A stretch of DNA of 46,982 nucleotides from Polyangiaceae bacterium (GCA_027009115.1 JALVDI010000044.1:1-46982); one strand, 5' to 3'; positions 8,621 through 17,696 are shown, numbered from the stretch's first letter. The notes: generated by a model from the letters alone, not told the origin. Made by a program: numbers and translations.

Positions 8621-9874
8621 TCAAGAGGACGGGCGCACCCTCCGCCAAGCGTAGAAGCCCACGAGCAGGGCGAGTAGGACGCTCAGGCCGAGATACGCCA
8701 GCCTGCGCTCTTCGGGCGGCGCGCCGGGCTCGACGGACGCGCGCACATCGCACTCCCATGGCCCTCCGCGAACGAACCCACATCGCTCGAAGACTTCGCC
8801 GTCGAGCCCCACGGCCTCCAGAGTGAGACGCTCGCCCTCGACGGCCATGCGCAGGTAGTGATGGCGCACCTGAAAGCTCTGCTGCCCGGGCCGATGTCGG
8901 TTGGTGTCGTAAAGGGGCGCGCCCCCTCCGCCGGTGATCACGTACTTGAGGCCCTCGGCTTCGCCCCGCTCGTACATGTGATCGTGGCCGGCCAACACCA
9001 GGTCGACGCCCGCGGCGCTCAGCTCCCGGGCGAGGCCGAGCGCCGCCATCCGCGGGTGGTCGCCGTGCCGTCCGCTCGACAAGGGCCCCTGGTGCGCGAA
9101 GACGATCAGGAAGCGCACCGAGGGGTCGTCCCGGGACGCGTCGAGTTGAGCTCGGAGCCAACGCAGCTGCGGTCCGTCGGCCTCGAGGTCGTCGTTGCTG
9201 TCGAGGGAGAGGAAGCGGACGGGCCCGTGCGTCCACGCGCGCCAGGCGACGCGCGAGCCCGGCGCGAAGTAACGCTGATAGCGGCGCTGTCCACCCGGAC
9301 CGTAGAGCTCGTGGTTGCCCAGGGTCGGGTAGATCGGGGCCTTGGCCAGGAGCGGCGCGGCGAGGTCGAAGTAGCGCTGCCAGTCCGCCGGCCGACCGCC
9401 CACCTCCACGAAGTCACCGGTGTGGACCAGGAAGCGCACCTCCGGCTCGCCCGCCATGCGAGCGACGAGGGCGCGGTGGACCTCGTGCCCCGTTCGGTTG
9501 TCGCCGTAGACGAGAAACGCCAGGCGCCCCTCGACGGGCGTGTCGGCGGCGGGCGCCGTGTGGAGGCGCACAGGGCGGTCGAAGCCGGGCCCTGTGACGC
9601 GGCCCTCGTAGAGCGTGTCCGCCCGTAGCCCTCTCACCTCCACCTCGTGCAGCCAGCCACCGTCGGGGCCGGCGGCGGCTCGCGACGAGAAGACCTGCGC
9701 TTCGGTGGCGCCCTCACCGGGCGGCGTGGCGGCGATCCGAAGCGCGACCTCCCCTGCCTCGGGCAGCTCCACCAGCAGGCGCCCGCCGCCGGGGTCCACA
9801 TCGACCCACCAGGGACCTTTCTGGGCCGACGCCGTGGCCGCAGCGAGGGTGAGAGCGAGGGGGAGCCAGCGCAT
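8621..9874 (-). CDS. Secreted/membrane-anchored metallophosphoesterase (purple-acid-phosphatase-like)
   Basis: Signal peptide MRWLPLALTLAAATASA. Motifs GDNR, GDFVE, GNHE, FAHQG and GHDHMYER. C-terminal TM segment LGLSVLLALLVGFYAW. Confidence 0.85.
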   Translation of the reverse strand: MRWLPLALTLAAATASAQKGPWWVDVDPGGGRLLVELPEAGEVALRIAATPPGEGATEAQVFSSRAAAGPDGGWLHEVEVRGLRADTLYEGRVTGPGFDRPVRLHTAPAADTPVEGRLAFLVYGDNRTGHEVHRALVARMAGEPEVRFLVHTGDFVEVGGRPADWQRYFDLAAPLLAKAPIYPTLGNHELYGPGGQRRYQRYFAPGSRVAWRAWTHGPVRFLSLDSNDDLEADGPQLRWLRAQLDASRDDPSVRFLIVFAHQGPLSSGRHGDHPRMAALGLARELSAAGVDLVLAGHDHMYERGEAEGLKYVITGGGGAPLYDTNRHRPGQQSFQVRHHYLRMAVEGERLTLEAVGLDGEVFERCGFVRGGPWECDVRASVEPGAPPEERRLAYLGLSVLLALLVGFYAWRRVRPSS

Positions 9875-9899
9875 GAGCCGCTGCTATACCAGAGTTCGA

Positions 9900-10736
9900 A
9901 TGGCACCCTCGGCCCGAGATCGGCAGCTGGCCGACCGCCTCGAGGCGCTGCTGGCCACCCAGGACCGCGGGCGCACCCGCGAGACGGACCCGGTGGGGTT
10001 CGTGCATCGCTACGAGGACGACGCCGATCGCGAGGTCGTGGGGCTCGTCGCCTCCTCCCTCGCTTTCGGCAACGTGAGCTCCGTGCGCAGGAGCGTAGCC
10101 CGCGCCCTCGGGGCCCTCGGCCCGCACCCGGCCCGGACCATCGCTCGCGGGCGCCCCGAGTTGGAGCGGCGGCTCGACGGCTTCGTGCATCGGGTCTATC
10201 GGGGCCCGCACTTGGCCGCGATGCTCCGCGGTGCGGCGCGCCTTCGTCGCCGCCACGGAAGCCTCGGGGCAGCCTTTGGGCGGGCCGTCAAGGAGGAGGG
10301 TTCGCTGCGGGGTGGGCTGGCGCGCTTCGCGGACGCCTTGCGCGGCCAGGACGCTCCACGGGGGCTGCGGCATCTCGTCCCGAACCCACGGGCGGGGAGC
10401 GCGTGCAAGCGGCTTCTGCTCTACCTTCGCTGGATGGTACGGCCCGCCGATGGGGTGGACCTCGGCTTGTGGGACTTCTCTCCGGCGCGGCTGATCATCC
10501 CCGTCGACACCCACATCCATCGCATCGCGCGCAACCTCGGGCTCACGGCACGGACCGACGCGAGCTGGACCACCGCCGAAGAGATCACCGAGGCGCTCCG
10601 GCGGCTGGACCCCAACGACCCGGTACGCTTCGACTTCGCGCTCTGTCACCTGGGCGTGGCCCGGGACTGCCCCTCGCGACGTGACGAAGCCAAGTGCCGG
10701 CGGTGCGTGCTGCGCCCCGTCTGTCTGCGGTGGTAG
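9900..10736 (+). CDS. TIGR02757/DUF2400 family protein
   Basis: Segment KRLLLYLRWMVRP.DGVDLGLW ... LIIPVDTHIHRIARNLGL ... DPVRFDFALCHLG matches my memory of this family. ATG at 9900; the longer ORF-track N-terminus overlaps the neighbouring gene. Confidence 0.8.
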   Translation: MAPSARDRQLADRLEALLATQDRGRTRETDPVGFVHRYEDDADREVVGLVASSLAFGNVSSVRRSVARALGALGPHPARTIARGRPELERRLDGFVHRVYRGPHLAAMLRGAARLRRRHGSLGAAFGRAVKEEGSLRGGLARFADALRGQDAPRGLRHLVPNPRAGSACKRLLLYLRWMVRPADGVDLGLWDFSPARLIIPVDTHIHRIARNLGLTARTDASWTTAEEITEALRRLDPNDPVRFDFALCHLGVARDCPSRRDEAKCRRCVLRPVCLRW

Positions 10737-10746
10737 GCTGCGCGCC

Positions 10747-11376
10747 ATGGAGAGCGAGCCTCGAGACCTGAAGGGGCGGTGCGGCACCTGCGGCTGGTTT
10801 CGCACCCTTCGCACCGACGACGAGGGCGTTCGCTGGGGAGAGTGCCAGCTCGGTTGCTGGCCCTCGCCTCTCAAGGACACGAACACCTGCTCCAGCTACA
10901 AGGAGTTCGGAAAGAGCTTCGAAGGAGCGCTGCGGCGGAAGAAGGCCGCCGGGACGCCCCGCCGCTACCGAGACGACGAGGCGCCGGTGGTGCGGCGCCG
11001 CCCCATCCCCAAGGAGATCGGAATCGACATGGACCAGGAGGAGCTGCGCGAGGTGCTGCGCGAGGTGCTGCTCGACGAGTTGGGCATCCGAGACGTCCCG
11101 ATGGGCGATCGATGGAACGGCGGCGAGTTGGAGCTCAAGCCCGGCAAAGAGGGCACCGCGTCCAAGACCATCCCCCTCGACGTCTTCTTCAAGAAGATCG
11201 TGCTCGTGCGCGAGCGCCTTCGGGTGCTCGAACAAAAGATCAACGCCAGCAAGAGCCTGAGCGAAGCTGAGAAGATCCAGCTCCAGCAGTACATCACGGC
11301 ATGTTACGGCTCGCTGACGACCTTCAACGTCCTGTTCAAGGACAAGCGCGATCACTTCGTCGGCCAAAAGAAGTAA
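10747..11376 (+). CDS. Hypothetical protein with N-terminal Cys cluster and helical, K/E-rich C-terminus
   Basis: ATG at 10747 (MESEPRDL). CxxC...C...C cluster in the first 50 aa. Codon bias is coding-like. No family recognised. Confidence 0.7.
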   Translation: MESEPRDLKGRCGTCGWFRTLRTDDEGVRWGECQLGCWPSPLKDTNTCSSYKEFGKSFEGALRRKKAAGTPRRYRDDEAPVVRRRPIPKEIGIDMDQEELREVLREVLLDELGIRDVPMGDRWNGGELELKPGKEGTASKTIPLDVFFKKIVLVRERLRVLEQKINASKSLSEAEKIQLQQYITACYGSLTTFNVLFKDKRDHFVGQKK

Positions 11377-11503
11377 ACGGCGTCGCGGATCGCAGGCGCG
11401 AAGACGCCTCTGTGGGAGGCCGCCGGGCGAACAGACCTCGGGGACTTGCCGTGCGCGATACGCCGCGGGGGAGCAGGCTCTCGGGCGTGAGGCGCGCGGA
11501 GAG

Positions 11504-12082
11504 GTGCTGGGGCGGGCTGCTGGCCTCGCGCTTCTGCTTACGCCCCTGCTCGCGCTCGCGGCCTGCGGTGGTGCCGCGACGCCCTCCCCACCGATCGGGC
11601 GAAGCGCGGCCGCGCCGCCCCCGCGGCCCATCGAGATGTCGCTTCGCCGCAGCAACGGGGAGTGGATCCACCTGGGCGACCTCCGAGGCGAGCCGGTGCT
11701 CCTCTTCCTCTTCGCGACCTTCGATGGCGTGAGCCAGGCCGCCCTCCGACCGACGGCGCGCTTCGCCCGCGCGCACCCGGAGGTGCACGTGATCGGCGTC
11801 GCCGTCCAACCCGACGCCAAGCTCCTGCTCGACCCTTACGAAGCGGCCCTGACGCCCGGCTTCCCACTCACCTACGACCCCGCGCGCGACGTCCACCACG
11901 GCACCAGCCCCCTGGGCCCAATCGACGCCGTGCCCACCTTCGTCATGCTCGACGCCTTCGGGATCGAGGCGGGCCGCCACGTCGGCTTTCCCAACTCGCA
12001 CACCCTCGACCGGCTCTTGGTGGAGGCGCAGGCGCGAGGGAGCCCCGAGCCGCCGCAGGAGCTGCCGCTCCTGGCCGACTAG
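11504..12082 (+). CDS. Lipoprotein, TlpA/redoxin-like thioredoxin fold lacking the CXXC active site
   Basis: Lipobox LALAAC. Redoxin-like layout (LGDLRGEPVLLFLFATFDGVS ... IGV ... PTFVMLD), with FATFDGVS where WA(T/S)WCxPC is expected. The stop TAG lies inside the inverted repeat at 12079-12092. Confidence 0.7.
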   Translation: MLGRAAGLALLLTPLLALAACGGAATPSPPIGRSAAAPPPRPIEMSLRRSNGEWIHLGDLRGEPVLLFLFATFDGVSQAALRPTARFARAHPEVHVIGVAVQPDAKLLLDPYEAALTPGFPLTYDPARDVHHGTSPLGPIDAVPTFVMLDAFGIEAGRHVGFPNSHTLDRLLVEAQARGSPEPPQELPLLAD

Positions 12083-12241
12083 AGCGCATCTCAGCAGCGA
12101 TCGTCGATCGATCCGTAGACTGGGCGGGTGGCGCATCCGCGAGCCGAAGGAATGCCGAGCCTTGTCGAGGTGAGAGGATGGCGGCAGAGGGGGCGTGCAC
12201 AGACGCACAGCGGCGATGAGGGGTCTCGAGATGCGCTCTAG
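12079..12241. mobile_element. MITE-like element: 163 bp bounded by perfect 14-bp inverted repeats
   Basis: CTAGAGCGCATCTC at 12079-12092 and GAGATGCGCTCTAG at 12228-12241. This can also be read as 11-bp TIRs flanked by TA/TA. No ORF inside. It sits between convergent genes. Confidence 0.55.
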
Positions 12242-12259
12242 CCCCTCGTGGGCGCCGCC

Positions 12260-14005
12260 TCAGCTCAGCCCTTGCTCGGCCCAGAGCCCCCCGAGGGTGT
12301 CGCCCAAACGCTCGCGGACAAGCCCCCGGGTGGCGGCCGCCGAGGTCGACTCGAGGACCTCCACGGCGAGCTGCATCAACGCCTCGATCTCCACCCGACG
12401 CACGAGCTCTTGAGCGAAGGGCAGGCTCACCGTCGGCAACGAGATGCGCCGGAAACCGAGACCGAGGACCACCGGCAAGGCGACGGGATCGGCCGCCATA
12501 TCCCCGCACATCGTCACCGGCGTGTCCGCCGCCGCGCCGCACTGCACGACGTGCGCGAGGAGCCGAACCACGGCCGGATGCAGCGGATCGGCCAGAGCGG
12601 CGACGTCCGCGTTGCCCCGATCGACGGCGAGGGTGTACTGGACGAGGTCGTTCGTCCCGACGGAAACGAAGTCGGCCTCCTGCGCCAACTCGCGGGCGAG
12701 GAGCGCCGCCGAGGGGATCTCGATCATGGCCCCCACTTCGGGCGTGCCGCGGGCGACCCCCTCGGCGTCGAGCTCCGAAGCGCAGGCCTCCACGAGCCCG
12801 CGGAGCACCCGAAAGGTGGACGGCCCCTCCACCATGGGGAACATCAAGCCGACGGTGCCGACGCTCGCCGCACGCAAGATCGCCCGCACCTGCCGTCGCA
12901 AGAGCTCGGGGCGCGCGCTCATCAAGCGGATGGCGCGCATCCCCAGGGCCGGGTTCGGTCCGGGCTGGACGCGGACCGACCGCGGCAGCTTGTCGCCGCC
13001 GAGGTCGAAGGTGCGGAAGGTGACCGGCCGGCCGCCGCAGATCTCGACGACGTCCGCGTAGACGCGGACCTGCTCATCCTCGGAGGGGACTTCGTCGCGG
13101 TCGAGGAAGACGAACTCGCTGCGGTAGAGCCCCACGCCGCGGGCCCCATGCGCCCGGGCGGCGACAGCTTCGGCGGGCAGCTCGATGTTGGCGAGGATCT
13201 CCACCGCCACGCCATCCTTCGAGGCGACAGGCTCGTCGGCCTTCTTCTTGAGCTCGCTGGCGAAACGACGAAACCGCTCACCCCGCTTCTCGGCGTACGC
13301 TCGCTCCTCGTCCCGCGGATCGAGCACGACGCGTCCACGGAGACCATCGACGATGACCGTGACCTCGGACCCCTCGATCCGGTCGAGGAGCGCCCCCGTG
13401 CCGACGACCGCCGGCACCTGGAGAGCCCGCGCCAGGAGCGCCGTATGGCTGGTGCTGCTGCCGAGCTCCGTCACGAGCCCGAGCACCCGCCCGTCGCCCA
13501 GGAGCCGCACCGCGTCCGCCGGGCTGAGGTCGGTCGCGACGAGGATCACTTCCCGATCCGGCAACGCGAGCCGATCCTGGCGGCCCCGCAGATGCCGCAG
13601 GATGTGCTGGCCCACGTGGACGATGTCCTGCGCACGCTCTCGGAAGTAGCGCGCGCTGGCGGCCTCGAGGGGCGCCTTCAGTTCGGTGACCGCCTGCTCC
13701 AGAGCCCACTCGGCGTTCACGCCCTCTCGCTCAATTCGCCGGATCGCCCCGTTCGCAAGCAGCTCGTCGCGGTGCATCAAGAGCTGCGCTTCGAGCACCA
13801 GGCGAGTTTCCTCGGCGCCCCCGAAGGCGGTCTTCGCTTCCTCGATCTCCTGGCGAGATGCCTCGATCGCAGCGCGAAGGCGCGCGACCTCCTCGGTCCG
13901 GTCCGCAACCTCTTGGCGGGCGGCGCGCCCGAGACGTGGAACGACATGGGAGGTGCCCACGGCGATGCCCAGGGACGCGGCGATGCCCCGGACCTCGACC
14001 CTCAC
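12260..14005 (-). CDS. ptsI: Phosphoenolpyruvate-protein phosphotransferase (PTS Enzyme I)
   Basis: 581 aa. TELGSSTSHTALLARAL phospho-His region and C-terminal PEP-utilising domain (GTNDLVQYTLAVDRGN). The GTG start at 14005 overlaps the ptsH stop (GTGA). Confidence 0.93.
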   Translation of the reverse strand: MRVEVRGIAASLGIAVGTSHVVPRLGRAARQEVADRTEEVARLRAAIEASRQEIEEAKTAFGGAEETRLVLEAQLLMHRDELLANGAIRRIEREGVNAEWALEQAVTELKAPLEAASARYFRERAQDIVHVGQHILRHLRGRQDRLALPDREVILVATDLSPADAVRLLGDGRVLGLVTELGSSTSHTALLARALQVPAVVGTGALLDRIEGSEVTVIVDGLRGRVVLDPRDEERAYAEKRGERFRRFASELKKKADEPVASKDGVAVEILANIELPAEAVAARAHGARGVGLYRSEFVFLDRDEVPSEDEQVRVYADVVEICGGRPVTFRTFDLGGDKLPRSVRVQPGPNPALGMRAIRLMSARPELLRRQVRAILRAASVGTVGLMFPMVEGPSTFRVLRGLVEACASELDAEGVARGTPEVGAMIEIPSAALLARELAQEADFVSVGTNDLVQYTLAVDRGNADVAALADPLHPAVVRLLAHVVQCGAAADTPVTMCGDMAADPVALPVVLGLGFRRISLPTVSLPFAQELVRRVEIEALMQLAVEVLESTSAAATRGLVRERLGDTLGGLWAEQGLS

Positions 14006-14313
14006 CGCTCCTCTCCGAAACGGTCGGTGACGAGCTGCCCGAGAACCCGCACGGCCTCGTCCGCGTCGTGACCACGGGCCCGCAGCGTGACGCGCGCTCC
14101 CTTCTCGCCGCACAAGAGCAGGACCCCCATGATGCTCTTGGCGTCGGCTCTCTGACCGTCCTTCTCGATCTCGATCTCGGCGTCGAAGCGGGTGGCCGCC
14201 CGCACGAGCTTCGCGGCCGCACGTGCATGCAGGCCGAGCTCGTTGACGATCTCGAAGGTCCCCTCCGCGACCGCGCCCTCCGCTAGGTCCGGTTCGTCGC
14301 CGGGAGCGCTCAC
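14002..14313 (-). CDS. ptsH: Phosphocarrier protein HPr
   Basis: GLHARAAAKL (His-15 site) and KSIMGVLLL (Ser-46 site). The GTG start at 14313 overlaps the rapZ stop (GTGA). The N-terminus is ~15 aa longer than a typical HPr. Confidence 0.88.
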   Translation of the reverse strand: MSAPGDEPDLAEGAVAEGTFEIVNELGLHARAAAKLVRAATRFDAEIEIEKDGQRADAKSIMGVLLLCGEKGARVTLRARGHDADEAVRVLGQLVTDRFGEER

Positions 14314-15176
14314 CGGACCGATCCCTTTCGCTCGACGTCGCGGTGCACCACCCGCGCCTCCTTCAGGTCGCGAAGCCGCCGCGCAAGCTCCTCGGAGAGA
14401 GCCACGCTCCGGTGCCGCCCCCCCGTGCACCCCAGGGCAATCGTCAAGTACGCCTTCCCCTCGCGCTCATACCGGGGCAGCGTGTGTCGGAGCAGCCTTT
14501 CGATGTCGCCGAGCAGTTCCTGCGCCTCTGGGGTCTGCAGCACGTAGTCGGCGACGGACGAGTCCAGGCCGCTGCGGGCCTTGAGCTCCGGCACGAAATA
14601 AGGGTTGGGTAGGAAACGGAGGTCGAAGACGAGGTCCGCGTCCACGGGCAAGCCGTACTTGAAACCGAAGCTCACGACGCGCACCACCATCGGGCGCTCG
14701 GAGCCGGTCTGCGCGAGCCAGTCGAGGAGCGCCCGGCGGAGGGCGTGCACCGAGAGCTCCGAAGTGTCCAGGACATGCGACGCTTGCGCGCGCAGCGGGC
14801 TCAACCGCTGCCGCTCGCGGTGGATGGCGTCGAGGAGATCGCCTCCGGGGGCCAGCGGGTGCGGGCGGCGGGTCTCGGAGTAGCGGCGCACCAAGACCTC
14901 ATCGGCGCAGTCGACGAAGAGCAGCTCCAGACGATGGCCGGCGTCGCGCAGGCGCGAAAAGAAGACGTCGGCCCCTTCGAGGAACGCCCCGGTCCGAACG
15001 TCGATGCCCAGGCCCAGCCGCTCGATGGCGCTGCCGGTGGTGAGCGCCACGAGCTCACCGGCAAGGGCCGGCGGAAGGTTGTCGACGCAGTAATACCCGA
15101 GGTCCTCCAGCACGTGGAGAGCCGTGGAGCGACCCGCCCCACTCATACCCGTGACCACGACGACCTGAAGCGTCAC
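14310..15176 (-). CDS. rapZ: RNase adapter protein RapZ (YhbJ family P-loop NTPase)
   Basis: VVVVTGMSGAGRSTALHVLEDLGYYCVDNLP and C-terminal GCTGGRHRSV. GTG start at 15176; alternative GTG at 15194. Confidence 0.9.
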   Translation of the reverse strand: MTLQVVVVTGMSGAGRSTALHVLEDLGYYCVDNLPPALAGELVALTTGSAIERLGLGIDVRTGAFLEGADVFFSRLRDAGHRLELLFVDCADEVLVRRYSETRRPHPLAPGGDLLDAIHRERQRLSPLRAQASHVLDTSELSVHALRRALLDWLAQTGSERPMVVRVVSFGFKYGLPVDADLVFDLRFLPNPYFVPELKARSGLDSSVADYVLQTPEAQELLGDIERLLRHTLPRYEREGKAYLTIALGCTGGRHRSVALSEELARRLRDLKEARVVHRDVERKGSVR

Positions 15177-15219
15177 GGCCCGAGCATACTCCACAGCGCG
15201 CACTGCGGTCGCGGGCCAC

Positions 15220-16182
15220 CTACTCCCCCAGACCGAGGCGCTCGGAAAGGTGGGCGACGAAGTCGCGGGCACTGTGCTTGCCCGCGCGCTTGAGGAGCTG
15301 GTTGCGCGCGGCGACCTCGAGGATGACCGCCATGTTGCGCCCGGGCTGGACCGGGATCCGCAACATCGGGAGGCGCACGCCGAGCAGGTCGAAGTGGAGG
15401 TCGTCGAGGCCAAGCCGGTCGAAGGGCTGCTCGGGGTCCCAAGGACACAGCTCGACGACGAGGTCCACGTTCTTCTCGTCGCGCACCGCCGTCGCCCCGA
15501 AGAGCTCGCGGACATTCACGATACCGATGCCCCGGAGCTCGAGGTGATGACGGAGCAGAGGCGGCGGCTTCCCCACGACGGTCCCGCTGGGTGTGCGGGT
15601 GAGCGCGACCTGGTCGTCGGCCACCAGGCGGTGGCCGCGCTCCACCAAGAAGAGCGCGCACTCGCTCTTGCCGATGCCGCTCGGCCCGAGCAACAAGGTG
15701 CCCATCCCGTGCACGTCGATGAGCACGCCATGGCGCGTCTCACTCGGCGCCAGGAGGCGATCGAGGGCCTGGTGAACGAGCGCGATGGTGCGGCTGGACC
15801 GAAGCTCCACCACCGCCATCGGGGTCGCGCTCGCCTGGGCTGCGTCGAGCAACTCGGTGGGCGGTGCGGCGCCGCGGGTCACCAGCACGAGCGAAAGTCG
15901 CAGAGCGAAGAGCTGCGCGCAGCGCTCGGCGCGAAGCTTCGGATCGAGGGACTCCAGGTAGCTGAGCTCCGTCTCACCGAGGACCTGCACGCGGCTGGCG
16001 ACGAGGCCGCGGGTGTGCCCTGCCAAACAGAGCCCGTTCTTCTGGACGCGCGGGTGCGTCAAGACGCGGCCGAGGGACGGGGCCCCCGCGACCAGCCGCG
16101 TGACCTCGACCAACTCGGGCTCAGCCAAGAGCACGCCTGCGGTCACGCTCGCACCGGGGGGGGCGGAAGGGGCATCCTGCAT
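15220..16182 (-). CDS. hprK: HPr(Ser) kinase/phosphorylase
   Basis: Walker A GPSGIGKSECAL. LELRGIGIVNVRELFG signature. ~320 aa from the ATG at 16182. Confidence 0.92.
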   Translation of the reverse strand: MQDAPSAPPGASVTAGVLLAEPELVEVTRLVAGAPSLGRVLTHPRVQKNGLCLAGHTRGLVASRVQVLGETELSYLESLDPKLRAERCAQLFALRLSLVLVTRGAAPPTELLDAAQASATPMAVVELRSSRTIALVHQALDRLLAPSETRHGVLIDVHGMGTLLLGPSGIGKSECALFLVERGHRLVADDQVALTRTPSGTVVGKPPPLLRHHLELRGIGIVNVRELFGATAVRDEKNVDLVVELCPWDPEQPFDRLGLDDLHFDLLGVRLPMLRIPVQPGRNMAVILEVAARNQLLKRAGKHSARDFVAHLSERLGLGE

Positions 16183-16205
16183 CGGCTCGATGGTAGCGTG
16201 TCGGC

Positions 16206-17153
16206 GTGCACCCGGTGGGACTGCTCGTCGTGCTTCTGATCGCGTGCGGTGGCCTCGACGCCGCCTCCACCGACGAGGTCCGCGCAACGAACGCGCCCCC
16301 ACCGCCAGCCGACACGCGCCCCGCAGCGCAACCCGAGCGGGCGGAAGTCTCGCCGGAAGCTTCGGAGCCGAGCACGCGCGCGCTCCGGCTCACCGAGCCC
16401 TCCCACGAGGCTCCCGACAATGCACCGCACGCGATCCTCTGGACGCCCCCCTCACCGAGGGCGGTTTTCGTCTTCCTCCACGGGTGGCGCGGCTGCGCGC
16501 CGGTGCTCGCCCACTCGGGCTCGGTCGCCTGCCGGGAGGGGGACGAGGAACAGGAAGGTTGGGGGCTGATCGCACGCTTCCGGGACGCCGGCCAAGACGC
16601 CCTCTTCGTCGTGCCGCAGCTCGCCTGGCGGGCCCGAACGGGCCATCCGGGACGCTTCGCGCAGGAGGGCTACGCGGCTCGCTGGCTCGACGCGCTCGAC
16701 GTGCCCGCAGACCTTCCCGTGGTCCTCCTCGCCCACAGCGCCGGCTTCGAAACGGCCCTGGCCATCGCGCGCCACGGAGGCCTGGGCGACCGCCTGAGGG
16801 CCATCGTGCTCTTCGACGCGCTCTACGCCGGCACCGAGCGGTTGCTGGCCTGGGTTCGACAAGACCCGCGTCGGCGGCTCGTCAGCTACGCCACCCGATC
16901 CGGCCGCCCAGCCCGACAGCAGCGGCGCCTCGACCGCCTCGCCCGGCGCGCTGGGCTGGCCGTGGCCCATTCGCTCGACGCGGTCGCCGAAGCGACGGTC
17001 GTGACCCAGAGGACCTACGCGGCCCACGCCGACGTACCGCGTCGTCACCTCCCGGAAGTCGTCGCCGCCCTGAGCGACTTGGTCGGCACGCGGGCGCGGG
17101 AGACGCGCCACGCCGACCCCCCTGCGGCGGATACGGTGCCCTCGGCGCGCTGA
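16206..17153 (+). CDS. Lipoprotein, possibly alpha/beta-hydrolase-like
   Basis: GTG start. Lipobox LLIACGG. A Pro/Ala-rich linker is followed by a domain with LLAHSAG (GxSxG-like). It is encoded antisense to the surrounding rpoN/PTS genes. Confidence 0.65.
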   Translation: MHPVGLLVVLLIACGGLDAASTDEVRATNAPPPPADTRPAAQPERAEVSPEASEPSTRALRLTEPSHEAPDNAPHAILWTPPSPRAVFVFLHGWRGCAPVLAHSGSVACREGDEEQEGWGLIARFRDAGQDALFVVPQLAWRARTGHPGRFAQEGYAARWLDALDVPADLPVVLLAHSAGFETALAIARHGGLGDRLRAIVLFDALYAGTERLLAWVRQDPRRRLVSYATRSGRPARQQRRLDRLARRAGLAVAHSLDAVAEATVVTQRTYAAHADVPRRHLPEVVAALSDLVGTRARETRHADPPAADTVPSAR

Positions 17154-17252
17154 ACAAGGGCTCGGGGGAACGCCCACGGAGCCGAAGCGAGATGGGCCGC
17201 GCAGGGCCGTGCACCCGGGCGCGAGGCCCCCGGAGCAGGCTTGGACGGGCCG

Positions 17253-17696
17253 CTACGGGACGAGGCAGGCGCGGACCTCGTCGAAGTCCTGGGCCCCGCG
17301 GAGGCAGCGGCGGACCTCCTCGCGACGCAACACTCGCGACACCTCCGCGAGCAGCTTGAGGTGCTGGCTGGGACGGTCCTCCGGCGCGAGGATGGCGACG
17401 AACACCTGCACCGGCTCCCCATCGACGGCGTCAAACGCCACGCCCCGCGGGTGAACGCCGAGGGCCGCGCGGATCGTCCCCAGACCTTGGAGGCGGCCGT
17501 GAGGAACCGCAACGCCGCTGCCGACGCCGGTGCTCGCCAGCTGCTCCCGAGCCCACAAGACCTCGACGATGGCGCTCGGATCCTCCCCGTCGCGGCCCAG
17601 GAGCTCGGCGAGCTCGCGAAGCACGCCTACCTTGTCCTGGGCCTTCAACGCGAGGTTCACCCGCCGCGGATCCAGGAGCTCGGCGAGGGTCGGCAT
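17253..17696 (-). CDS. ptsN: PTS IIA-like nitrogen regulatory protein (EIIA-Ntr)
   Basis: EIIA type-2 fold with phospho-His motif GVAVPHG. 147 aa. Position downstream of rpoN-hpf. Confidence 0.88.
   Translation of the reverse strand: MPTLAELLDPRRVNLALKAQDKVGVLRELAELLGRDGEDPSAIVEVLWAREQLASTGVGSGVAVPHGRLQGLGTIRAALGVHPRGVAFDAVDGEPVQVFVAILAPEDRPSQHLKLLAEVSRVLRREEVRRCLRGAQDFDEVRACLVP

Noticed and set aside
12095-12227. Interior of the MITE-like element, considered as a fifth member of the GATGGATCGCGGTCGC repeat family.
   Set aside because: Only loose resemblance was found (GGATCG-type core, GGTCTCGAGATGCGC vs GGTCTCGAAGG...GATGCGC). The invariant 16-mer is absent and module spacing differs about 4-fold. 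I kept it as a separate element.
12248-14071. Long antisense ORF (607 aa) opposite ptsI. Similar long ORFs occur at 296-1504(-), 5981-7093(-), 18148-20295(+), 20359-22644(+), 21816-23375(-), 27320-28471(-), 36281-38212(+), 37843-39597(-) and 43384-44781(-).
   Set aside because: These are shadow ORFs typical of ~70% G+C DNA. They are Arg/Pro/Gly/Ala-dominated, show no motifs, have the wrong third-position bias, and each overlaps a gene with clear family signatures on the other strand or frame.
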